The position numbers and the translations under genes were made by a program. The notes beneath the pieces were generated by a model, which ran no database searches, was not told the DNA's origin, and saw only the letters and a program-made list of their open reading frames with translations. DNA of 32,000 bases from Caldivirga maquilingensis IC-167 (GTDB taxonomy: Archaea; Thermoproteota; Thermoprotei; Thermoproteales; Thermocladiaceae): NCBI RefSeq assembly GCF_000018305.1, contig NC_009954.1:1740001-1772000 (forward strand), in the 5' to 3' direction. Positions 1 to 8,687 of this stretch are shown in pieces. The first letter of the stretch is position 1. Each line of letters begins with the position of its first letter.

Positions 1-655
1 AGGATGCTGATGATATTGTTAATCCAGCTATTAAGGAGTAGAGTGATAGAGCAGTCCATGTGCTTAAGGTAAGCCTAGCCGTGAATCTAGTGGAGTAGGT
101 TTCCTTAAGCATTAAGGCAACTATGGTGAAGGCTATTAGTGTTTCAATTAAGGCGAATACAAGGGCGTACCTTAATGATGATTTAACTATTATCAATGGT
201 ATTATTAAACTACCCCCTATCCAACCAATGGCTCCACCAATTCTAACAACACTAATATTCCTACCCAGCCTAATTACCGATATTTCTGATGATGAAGCCA
301 ACATTAGCGTTGAGAAACCCCCAGCCAGAAACCCCATAAGCACTGACGCCACCATATAGTAGTTCACCCGTGGGTTTAACATTAGGAGCAGTGTAATGAG
401 GGATACTGTGAGTAAATCAATAATAATTACCCTCCTCCTACTCTTCACTATGTCTGATAAGTAGCCTAATGAGTATTGACCCATCATGGACGCTATGTTG
501 TATAATGTGCTGAATAGGCCTATCTCAATTAAAGTTAAGCCGCTGGCGTAGAGGATGTAGACTGAGAATAATGCGTAAAGCGGCACCACCGACCACATTA
601 GGGCGTATGCAATTAATAGTACTAATTCTATCGAAGCATTTAACTTAAACTGCAC
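1..655 (-). CDS. MFS-family transporter, N-terminal portion (gene runs off the left edge of the window)
   Basis: My own minus-strand translation from GTG (655..653) stays open to position 1. It is absent from the ORF track because it is truncated. Sequence: VQFKLNASIELVLLIAYALMWSVVPLYALFSVYILYASGLTLIEIGLFSTLYNIASMMGQYSLGYLSDIVKSRRRVIIIDLLTVSLITLLL... It shows successive hydrophobic helices and a G-x-L-S-D-x4-R-R loop after the second helix, which is MFS motif A. The + strand ORF 123..359 is its antisense shadow. Confidence 0.65.
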   Translation of the reverse strand, partial: MQFKLNASIELVLLIAYALMWSVVPLYALFSVYILYASGLTLIEIGLFSTLYNIASMMGQYSLGYLSDIVKSRRRVIIIDLLTVSLITLLLMLNPRVNYYMVASVLMGFLAGGFSTLMLASSSEISVIRLGRNISVVRIGGAIGWIGGSLIIPLIIVKSSLRYALVFALIETLIAFTIVALMLKETYSTRFTARLTLSTWTALSLYSLIAGLTISSAS

Positions 656-674
656 TAATCAGTGACTGGCTACT

Positions 675-684
675 GAATTAAAGC
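675..684 (-). promoter_or_regulatory. A/T-box (TATA) promoter element for the MFS gene
   Basis: The minus strand reads GCTTTAATTC, centred about 24 nt upstream of GTG 655. This is the divergent partner of the 714-721 box. Confidence 0.45.
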
Positions 685-713
685 TTAACTGAGTTTACCT
701 AAATAAGGCATAG

Positions 714-721
714 CTTTAAAG
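714..721 (+). promoter_or_regulatory. A/T-box (TATA) promoter element for the M19 dipeptidase gene
   Basis: CTTTAAAG, centred about 25 nt upstream of ATG 743, which implies a leaderless transcript. Confidence 0.5.
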
Positions 722-742
722 CTTAGAGGCAATGCAACTACT

Positions 743-1681
743 ATGAGGATTGCTGATCTACATGAGGACATATCATGGGGAACATCACAATACTTCAATG
801 ATACTATTAATGGCCCAGCTCAATCAAGTATTGCTCAATTAGCTAAATTTGACCAAGCATTAGTCTTCGCGGCAATATACCCCCATGTTAGGACGTGGAA
901 TGAAGATGCGGATAAGATTAAAGCACTCTATGGTAGGGCAACAAACCCAACTCACTTTTCACTTGACCTAATACTTGATCACCTTAAATTCTACTACTAC
1001 CTGGAGAGGAGGGGATTGGTTAAGATAATTAGAGACGCTGATGATGAGTTAAGTAGTGTTAACTTCATCATATCCCTAGAGGGGACTGATGCATTAAGGG
1101 ACGTGTATGACTTGTATATACTTAAGAACCTTGGTGTTAGGGTTATTCAATTAACCTGGAATTATGATACTAAGTTTGCTGCATCATGCAATTCAAGGAA
1201 GGATTACGGCTTAACAGGTGAGGGTGAGGAATTAGTTAAGTTAGCTAATGATCTCGGCATGTTAATTGACTTAGCCCATGCAAGTAAGCAAACCGTGCTT
1301 GATACCGCTTCAGTATCCAGGAAACCAATTATAGTTAGTCACGCTAATGTTAGGAAGCTTAAGGATTCCCGTAGGAACCTTGATGATGAAATGATTGAGG
1401 CTGTTGTTAAGACTGGTGGAGTCATAGGGGTTACTGCAATACCATCCCTACTACCTAAACCAAGCATTGAGGGTGTGGTGGATAACATTAAGTATATTGG
1501 TGAGAACTATGGTTGGGAACACGTGGCAATAGGTACTGACTTCCTTGGAATGTACCCTGATGAAGTAATAAGTGGACTTGAGTCCATTGAAAAACTAAGC
1601 GTACTCAACAGCATACTGGGTGATGAGGCTGAGAAGGTGTTGTGGAGTAATGCCTACAGGATGCTTAAGTACATAGGATAA
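743..1681 (+). CDS. Membrane/renal-type dipeptidase, peptidase family M19
   Basis: 312 aa. The full M19 binuclear-zinc motif set is visible: DLHED at the N-terminus, ISLEG (bridging Glu), LTWNYDTKFA, IDLAHAS and VSHAN (His ligands), and GTDF near the C-terminus. An A/T box at 714-721 is centred about 25 nt upstream of the ATG. Confidence 0.85.
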   Translation: MRIADLHEDISWGTSQYFNDTINGPAQSSIAQLAKFDQALVFAAIYPHVRTWNEDADKIKALYGRATNPTHFSLDLILDHLKFYYYLERRGLVKIIRDADDELSSVNFIISLEGTDALRDVYDLYILKNLGVRVIQLTWNYDTKFAASCNSRKDYGLTGEGEELVKLANDLGMLIDLAHASKQTVLDTASVSRKPIIVSHANVRKLKDSRRNLDDEMIEAVVKTGGVIGVTAIPSLLPKPSIEGVVDNIKYIGENYGWEHVAIGTDFLGMYPDEVISGLESIEKLSVLNSILGDEAEKVLWSNAYRMLKYIG

Positions 1682-1711
1682 TTAACAATACTATCCTGTA
1701 CCTAATGCTCA

Positions 1712-2089
1712 TTACCTCTTACCACGGTTCCTAGTCAATAAATCCCTCACTTCATTCTTCCAAATGTACCCAGCCACCCTCCTACCCTCCTTGGTTAAAT
1801 CATAGTAAATCCCCCTTCCCCTTCTTTCAGGGTTATGCTGCTTAACCTTAAGCCATGGTTTAACCGAACTAGTCACCCTACCCTTTAGACTCCCCCTGAA
1901 CTCCTGAAGCAGGTTAAGTTGAACAAGATGCCTACAAGCGTTCTCAACCTCATCCTCAGGAACTACTGGACTCCAGCCTGCTGCACCGAGGAGTCTTCTG
2001 GCGAGTAGCCATGGTGTGTCTGGGCCATATTTATAAATGTGGGCTAGTATCATTTTCTCTAATTCACTTAAACCATCACCAGGGCCCAC
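1712..2089 (-). CDS. Small winged-helix DNA-binding protein (putative transcription regulator)
   Basis: 125 aa with a GTG start. LSELEKMILAHIYKYGPDTPWLLARRL resembles helix 1-3 of a wHTH. GIYYDLTKEGRRVAGYI resembles the wing plus following helix of PadR/MarR-like proteins. The C-terminus is basic. The family was not identified. Confidence 0.45.
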   Translation of the reverse strand: MGPGDGLSELEKMILAHIYKYGPDTPWLLARRLLGAAGWSPVVPEDEVENACRHLVQLNLLQEFRGSLKGRVTSSVKPWLKVKQHNPERRGRGIYYDLTKEGRRVAGYIWKNEVRDLLTRNRGKR

Positions 2090-2152
2090 GGGAGGTATTG
2101 CTATTAATGGTTTTAACCCTAACGCTGTCTCGTTTTATAACTTCAATAATCA

Positions 2153-3541
<1,389 letters not shown>

Positions 3542-3569
3542 TTAATGAAGAGTACATTGCTTGAATCCA

Positions 3570-4556
3570 TTACTCATGCTTAACACTGCAGGATTTAACA
3601 ATGTTAGTTAAGTAATCGCCACTAAAGCGTTCACCAGTGTTGATGGGTATTACTGATGCTGCGCAGGATTGTCTTATCAATGATTCACCAATGGTTACCT
3701 GCCTACCCATTAGCCTACTCAACTCCTCCTCAATCATAGGCTTCCATAGATCCCTATTAGCCATATATGTTCCACCCATTAATGCTATGGGTAGGTTAAG
3801 GGCGCCAAGCCTCTTAATCACTGTTGTTAATGCTAAGGCAACTTCCTCAGTCTCCCTCCTAAGTATTGATAAAGCCTCCCTATCACCCTCCCTAGCCGCA
3901 TCAAAGACACTTTTAGCAAAGGAGGCAATTGCACCCTTAACATCCTTAGCTGAGTAAACCTTAGCAATCAATTCCTCAATTGATGAGACTGAGTATTGGT
4001 TTAAGGCATACTTAACTAGTATCGTCTCCCCAATTCTACCGTCGTATGACCTCACCACTGTTGATAGTCCTAAGGCCCCAATGTGGTATGCCCCACCCTC
4101 ATCATCTATTAAATGCCCCCAACCACCAACCCTAGCTCTCCTACCGGCGTATTTACCGTAAAAGTTGCTACCAGTACCCAATATGCCTATCACCCCATCA
4201 CCGGTTAAGAAGGCTGAGGCGTGGGCTGCCTCAATATCCTCAGTAATGTATATTCTAGCATCCTTAACGTAATCACCCAGTTCACTCATTAAGCAGTTCC
4301 TTATTTCGCTATCCCAAGCACCACCAAGGTAACCGGCCATGGATAGGCTTAAGACAGCGACCTCAACGTTATCATTAATTTTACGTAATGCGTTAACCAC
4401 GCTTGCTGAAATGTTGCTGCAGACTTCATTAATTGGTAATGCCGCTGGGTTTGATGGCCCAGCTTGCCCAAGGGCCAATAATACTCCATCATAGGATAAT
4501 ACCGCGGCCTCTGTTTTAGTCGCACCCCCATCAATTCCTAACACTACCTTAACCAC
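3570..4556 (-). CDS. BadF/BadG/BcrA/BcrD-type ATPase, N-acetylglucosamine (or MurNAc/GlcNAc) kinase-like sugar kinase
   Basis: 328 aa with a GTG start. ASKHA-fold motifs: LGIDGGATKTE (phosphate 1), GILGTGSN (phosphate 2), and GGWGHLIDDEGGAYHIG (typical of the NAGK/BadF family). It has its own A/T box at 4576-4585, in the 40-nt gap after the upstream S66 gene. Confidence 0.75.
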   Translation of the reverse strand: MVKVVLGIDGGATKTEAAVLSYDGVLLALGQAGPSNPAALPINEVCSNISASVVNALRKINDNVEVAVLSLSMAGYLGGAWDSEIRNCLMSELGDYVKDARIYITEDIEAAHASAFLTGDGVIGILGTGSNFYGKYAGRRARVGGWGHLIDDEGGAYHIGALGLSTVVRSYDGRIGETILVKYALNQYSVSSIEELIAKVYSAKDVKGAIASFAKSVFDAAREGDREALSILRRETEEVALALTTVIKRLGALNLPIALMGGTYMANRDLWKPMIEEELSRLMGRQVTIGESLIRQSCAASVIPINTGERFSGDYLTNIVKSCSVKHE

Positions 4557-4575
4557 TTGTTGTGGGCTTAGTGGG

Positions 4576-4585
4576 AATATTTAAG
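4576..4585 (-). promoter_or_regulatory. A/T-box promoter element for the BadF-type kinase gene
   Basis: The minus strand reads CTTAAATATT, centred about 24 nt upstream of GTG 4556 and located in the 40-nt gap after the S66 gene stop. Confidence 0.45.
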
Positions 4586-4596
4586 CCTCATTGCCT

Positions 4597-5583
4597 TCAC
4601 TCCACGAGGGGTTCCTTCATTATTAACGCAGCCTCATCAGCGTTAACCTCAATATTAATACCTAAGGGCACTGGGTACGTGTTTAAGCCCTGTTGATCCC
4701 CACCATGGCAGCATGGGTAATTCATGAAGGAGGGGGCCTTAGGGTTATAGGTCTTGGTAGCCTCTGTAATAGACTCAACAACACTTCCCCCAACCTGCCA
4801 TTCCCTTAGTTCAGGTATTTCACCGTAGGCAATAGCATTAACACCCCCTAGAATCCCCATTAAGCCCAGTGCCGTTAAGTATTCGTCAAGCCTATGTATC
4901 TGCAGGGCTATCTCCTCAATGAAGAGTACCTTACCCTCAGGGTTAATTCTGAAACCTGGTACTGATTGAGGAAGAAGGAACTTCAGTAAATTACCACCAA
5001 TCATTACACCGCTTGCCTTACCTGGCGTTATTATTCTTGGAAATGGCCCATCTTGAAGCGGCTTAAGCTCAATCACCTCACCCTTAAGTATACTTAAAGC
5101 CGCATCCACATCCCTCTTGAACCTACTTAAACCATGCTCACTGGATGTTACATTAAGGTCAAGCATTGGGGCCTGTAGCGATGGGACTCCTGCCTTAGCA
5201 TACACTGCAGTCTGCAGGGCTGTTATATCACTGAAACCCACTATAACCTTGGGGTGTTCCTTAATTACTTCGTAATCAAGGAACCTAATAACCCTAAAGG
5301 CCCCGCTCATGCCTCTTAAACACCATACTGCATCCACATCATCCCTAGTGAAGGCGTTCATAATGTCCCTAGCCCTAACCTCATCTGGTGCTGAGTGGAA
5401 GCCCTTGTTTAAGGCGAACTTAACTGTATCCCCAAGAACCACTCTAAAGCCTCTCTTCCTAAGGTAATCAATACTGGTGTTGAGTCCTGAACCACTCCCT
5501 GGGTAACCTGGGGGTGCTGATGGGGCTATGAGCATTATTGTTGACCCCTCCCTTAACCTACGTGGTTTAACCGAGTACCTCAC
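4597..5583 (-). CDS. LD-carboxypeptidase, peptidase family S66 (LdcA/MccF-like)
   Basis: 328 aa with a GTG start. N-terminal L-x-x-G-S-T-I-M-L-I-A-P-S. The nucleophile motif is VGFSDITALQ. FIEEI supplies the acidic triad residue and CCHGG the His, so the Ser-Glu-His triad appears intact. Confidence 0.85.
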   Translation of the reverse strand: MRYSVKPRRLREGSTIMLIAPSAPPGYPGSGSGLNTSIDYLRKRGFRVVLGDTVKFALNKGFHSAPDEVRARDIMNAFTRDDVDAVWCLRGMSGAFRVIRFLDYEVIKEHPKVIVGFSDITALQTAVYAKAGVPSLQAPMLDLNVTSSEHGLSRFKRDVDAALSILKGEVIELKPLQDGPFPRIITPGKASGVMIGGNLLKFLLPQSVPGFRINPEGKVLFIEEIALQIHRLDEYLTALGLMGILGGVNAIAYGEIPELREWQVGGSVVESITEATKTYNPKAPSFMNYPCCHGGDQQGLNTYPVPLGINIEVNADEAALIMKEPLVE

Positions 5584-5602
5584 TTCTCATTAATAGGTGT
5601 GC

Positions 5603-5615
5603 TTATTTTTAAAGA
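5603..5615 (-). promoter_or_regulatory. A/T-box promoter element for the LD-carboxypeptidase gene
   Basis: The minus strand reads TCTTTAAAAATAA, centred about 26 nt upstream of GTG 5583. Confidence 0.5.
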
Positions 5616-5644
5616 ATTCAACACGATGTTGTTAACTTAGAAGC

Positions 5645-5653
5645 ATTTAAAAA
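5645..5653 (+). promoter_or_regulatory. A/T-box promoter element for moaA
   Basis: ATTTAAAAA, centred about 27 nt upstream of GTG 5676. Confidence 0.5.
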
Positions 5654-5675
5654 TGAGTTAAGTGAAGCTGATGAC

Positions 5676-6641
5676 GTGGTTTTGATTGATAGGTATGGTA
5701 GGCCATTGTTGAAGCTTAGGATTGTGGTTGATAGTGAATGTAACTTCAATTGCTTCTTCTGTCACTTCGAGGGTCAAAGTAGGCATGTACCATCACTAAC
5801 ACCTGAGGATATTGGATTCGCCGCTGAGGCGGCTATGAGGATTGGTGTAATGGATTTTAAGTTAACTGGTGGTGAACCATTATTACGTAGGGATATTATT
5901 AAGATAATTGAGGAGTTAAGTCTAAGGAAGCCTAAGGACCTATCCTTAACAACTAATGGCTACCTCCTCGGTGAATTGGCTTCAAGGCTTCATGAAGCTG
6001 GCTTAATGAGGCTTAACGTATCACTGCATAGTCTTAAGCCTGAGAGGTACGCCTTCATAACTGGAACAAGCCCTAAGGTATTTAATAAGGTTATTGATGG
6101 GTTAATGAAGGCTAAGGATGCTGGGTTCACTAATATAAAACTTAACATGGTTGTCACCAGGGTTAACGTTGATGAGGTTGATGATTTAATAAGCTTCGCT
6201 GCGAAGCATGGTTTCTCACTACAACTTATAGAATTAATGCCTGTTGGGTATGGGGAGGTGAATTTCGATGAGAATTACGTGGACTTAAACACTGTGGTTA
6301 AGCAACTTATGGAGCGTGGAAGATTCCTTGGAAGTAGGGTTGATCTACATAATAGGCCCCTGCTCAGTGTTGATGGGGTTAAGGTTGAGGTTGTTAAGAA
6401 TTACATGAATCCAAGCTTCTGCGCCGGTTGCACAACAATGAGGTTAACCAGTGATGGATGGCTTAAGACCTGTCTCTATAAGCCCCCGTCAGTTAGAGTT
6501 TGGGATTTAATTAAGAGTAGGGATCTTGAGGGGTTGATTAAGGCTTTCCAGAGGGCTAATGAGTTAAGGGAACCTAACTTCAGGAACACTGATAATCAAT
6601 TAAGGCTAAGTAATATTAAGGTTAGGTTAAGGGTTGGTTAA
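5676..6641 (+). CDS. moaA: GTP 3',8-cyclase (molybdenum cofactor biosynthesis protein A), radical SAM
   Basis: 321 aa with a GTG start. LRIVVDSECNFNCFFCH carries the CxxxCxxC radical-SAM cluster. LTGGEPLLR and LTTNG are present. The C-terminal CAGCTTMRLTSDGWLKTCLY is the second MoaA Fe-S cluster region. Confidence 0.9.
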   Translation: MVLIDRYGRPLLKLRIVVDSECNFNCFFCHFEGQSRHVPSLTPEDIGFAAEAAMRIGVMDFKLTGGEPLLRRDIIKIIEELSLRKPKDLSLTTNGYLLGELASRLHEAGLMRLNVSLHSLKPERYAFITGTSPKVFNKVIDGLMKAKDAGFTNIKLNMVVTRVNVDEVDDLISFAAKHGFSLQLIELMPVGYGEVNFDENYVDLNTVVKQLMERGRFLGSRVDLHNRPLLSVDGVKVEVVKNYMNPSFCAGCTTMRLTSDGWLKTCLYKPPSVRVWDLIKSRDLEGLIKAFQRANELREPNFRNTDNQLRLSNIKVRLRVG

Positions 6642-7333
6642 ATGCATTCACCCCTATACTTGTAAACCAGCATGGTTATCTCATTCCTAATCCCCCTTAA
6701 CTTATCTAAATCATCCTTAAGCGCCGTGAGCTTAACCTTATCCTCATCTTGAAGTTGACTTATTTCACTCTTCAGTTTAAGTTCCCCATACTCAGCCTCC
6801 ATTTCAGAAATTCTGGCATCTAATTCACCTATTATCCTAGTTAACTTCTCGATTCTCTCATCACACTCCCTAACGTATCTCTCCCTCTCATTCTCAAGCA
6901 TCTTCCTGAATTTATCCACTAAATCCTGTGGAATCTTCTCATTATTACTAATCATGTTGAGCATTACGTCGCCTAGTTTAAGGAGCATTTCATTAACCTT
7001 CCTTAACTTATTAACAGTATCCTCAAGTTTAGCCTTAACATCATTAATGGTAGCCTCTAATTCATTCTTAGGTTTAACAATAATAATCCTCTCCTCATCA
7101 TTGAACTTAAGCACGTTATTAGCCGTACTGTACTTAGTGACTTGGCCATCCCTACTCACGTTTACCCCAGTTATTATTACCTTCAGGTTATTGCCATCAC
7201 GATTCACCTTATAATCCACTGAGGCAACTAACCCTAATTCCCTACCATTATCATCAATAACCCTCCACCCTCTATAGGACTCCATCTTCCTCTTAATCTT
7301 ATCCTCTCTCCTATTGAAGAATGATAAAGGCAT
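6638..7333 (-). CDS. PRC-barrel-like N-terminal domain plus long coiled-coil protein (CdvA-like architecture)
   Basis: 231 aa. Residues about 20-87 (GWRVIDDNGRELGLVASVDYKVNRDGNNLKVIITGVNVSRDGQVTKYSTANNVLKFNDEERIIIV) fit the PRC-barrel pattern G-x-x-V-x-D-x-x-G-x-x-[LI]-G-x-V followed by beta strands. Residues about 90-215 are heptad-rich and charged (KLEDTVNKLRKVNEMLLKL..., IEKLTRIIGELDARISEMEAEYGELKLK...). An A/T box at 7355-7364 is centred 26 nt upstream of the ATG. Confidence 0.5.
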   Translation of the reverse strand: MPLSFFNRREDKIKRKMESYRGWRVIDDNGRELGLVASVDYKVNRDGNNLKVIITGVNVSRDGQVTKYSTANNVLKFNDEERIIIVKPKNELEATINDVKAKLEDTVNKLRKVNEMLLKLGDVMLNMISNNEKIPQDLVDKFRKMLENERERYVRECDERIEKLTRIIGELDARISEMEAEYGELKLKSEISQLQDEDKVKLTALKDDLDKLRGIRNEITMLVYKYRGECI

Positions 7334-7354
7334 TGGTTAATTAACCTCATTAAT

Positions 7355-7364
7355 GTTAAATAAC
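7355..7364 (-). promoter_or_regulatory. A/T-box promoter element for the PRC-barrel/coiled-coil gene
   Basis: The minus strand reads GTTATTTAAC, centred about 26 nt upstream of ATG 7333. Confidence 0.45.
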
Positions 7365-7392
7365 CCTATTGGTTAAAATAAACACGGTGATC

Positions 7393-7418
7393 AGGCACAG
7401 TGCCTAAACATTTTAAAT
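7393..7418 (+). promoter_or_regulatory. Promoter of the M16 peptidase operon: palindrome AGGCAC-A-GTGCCT (7393-7405) followed by A/T box TTTTAAAT (7411-7418)
   Basis: The A/T box is centred about 25 nt upstream of ATG 7440. A perfect 6+1+6 palindrome lies immediately upstream, in the BRE-proximal position, and is a candidate transcription-factor site. Confidence 0.45.
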
Positions 7419-7439
7419 CCTTAATTACAGTACTCTACC

Positions 7440-8687
7440 ATGAGCGTATTCAACGTGAGGCTTAGTAATGGATTAAGAGTTGTTGGTTCACACATACCTA
7501 ACAGTGAGGTTGAGGCCGTTTACATGTTCTATAATGTTGGAGCTAAGAATGAGAGGGATGGCATATATGGGGGTTCCCACCTTGTTGAACATGTCCTATT
7601 CAGGAGCATTAAGGGGCTTGATAAGAGCATTGATGAGTTAGTGGAGGGGGTTGGCGGGTACTTCAATGGCTTCACCTCCTACGATACAACAGCCTATGTT
7701 GAAGTTCTACCAGTGGATAAGGCTGAGTTAGGCTTCATGATTGAGGCCAAGAGGATGAGGGATGCGTTATTCCTTGAGAATGAGTTTGAGCTTGAGAGGA
7801 ATATCGTGCTGAGTGAATTCGACATGAATGAGAATGATGAGGAATCCAGGATGATGCTTGTGGCTGGTAGGAAAATGTGGGATTCACACCCGTATAGGCA
7901 CATGGTTATCGGTGTTAGGAGGGATCTTGAGACCGTTAAACGGGATGAATTATACAACTACTATAGGCAGTATTATAATCCATCCAACGCAACCCTAGTG
8001 GCTGTGGGTGGGTTAAGTAAGAGTAGTGTTGAGAAGCTTGCTGAATCCTACTTCAGTAGTATTGAGCCTGGGGAGATTAGGGGTGATGTGGAGCCTTGGG
8101 ATGAGCAATTCAATGGCATTATTAAAGTAACCATGAAGGGGTCAACACTGGTTCCTAGGCTTCTCGCATTATTTAAGTCACCTGGTTTACATAATGCTCA
8201 AGGCTTCTCAAGACAATTATTCGTCGACTTCATTCTAATTGGTGATAGGAGATTAGCCTATGGTTTAACCGCCGGTGAACCAGTATCAATACCTAGGTTC
8301 GCAAGGCTGTATAGGCTTGTTGAGGAGGGTGTAGCCTCAGGTGTCTATGCTAGTTACGAGTTAACATACATGAATGGACCCTACGGCATAGTGTTGAGGG
8401 GTGTTAAGGATCCTGATAAGGCCTATAGTAGGTTAATTGAGGTTATTTCAGAGAAACCCAGTGTGGATGAGGTTAATAGTGCCATTGCTAGGATTAAGGC
8501 TAGGTTAATCAACACAGTTGACTCACCCAGTAAGCTTGGTCAATTATATGGTGTAGGTGAATTATTCGCCAATGATCCTGAATACCTGGTGAAGTTAATG
8601 AATAATACCCAGGGCCTGGGAGCTGAGGATTACGTTAATCATGTGGAGGAACTTATAAAATCAGCAGTGGTGGTTTACTATGGCTAA
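7440..8687 (+). CDS. Zinc metallopeptidase, family M16 (pitrilysin-like), catalytic subunit
   Basis: 415 aa. It carries the inverted zinc motif H-x-x-E-H (GGSHLVEHVLF, residues 47-51), with downstream E residues in NIVLSEFDMNEND. It overlaps the next M16 gene by 8 nt. Confidence 0.85.
   Translation: MSVFNVRLSNGLRVVGSHIPNSEVEAVYMFYNVGAKNERDGIYGGSHLVEHVLFRSIKGLDKSIDELVEGVGGYFNGFTSYDTTAYVEVLPVDKAELGFMIEAKRMRDALFLENEFELERNIVLSEFDMNENDEESRMMLVAGRKMWDSHPYRHMVIGVRRDLETVKRDELYNYYRQYYNPSNATLVAVGGLSKSSVEKLAESYFSSIEPGEIRGDVEPWDEQFNGIIKVTMKGSTLVPRLLALFKSPGLHNAQGFSRQLFVDFILIGDRRLAYGLTAGEPVSIPRFARLYRLVEEGVASGVYASYELTYMNGPYGIVLRGVKDPDKAYSRLIEVISEKPSVDEVNSAIARIKARLINTVDSPSKLGQLYGVGELFANDPEYLVKLMNNTQGLGAEDYVNHVEELIKSAVVVYYG
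8669..8673 (+). promoter_or_regulatory. Shine-Dalgarno-like GGTGG for the second M16 gene
   Basis: GGTGG lies 6 nt upstream of ATG 8680, inside the 3' end of the upstream gene. SD-like motifs are seen here only before internal operon genes. Confidence 0.4.

Noticed and set aside
123-359. 78-aa + strand ORF at the left edge
   Set aside because: It lies entirely antisense to a much longer open minus-strand frame (1..655) that encodes a convincing MFS transporter N-terminus. Its composition is that of a shadow ORF.
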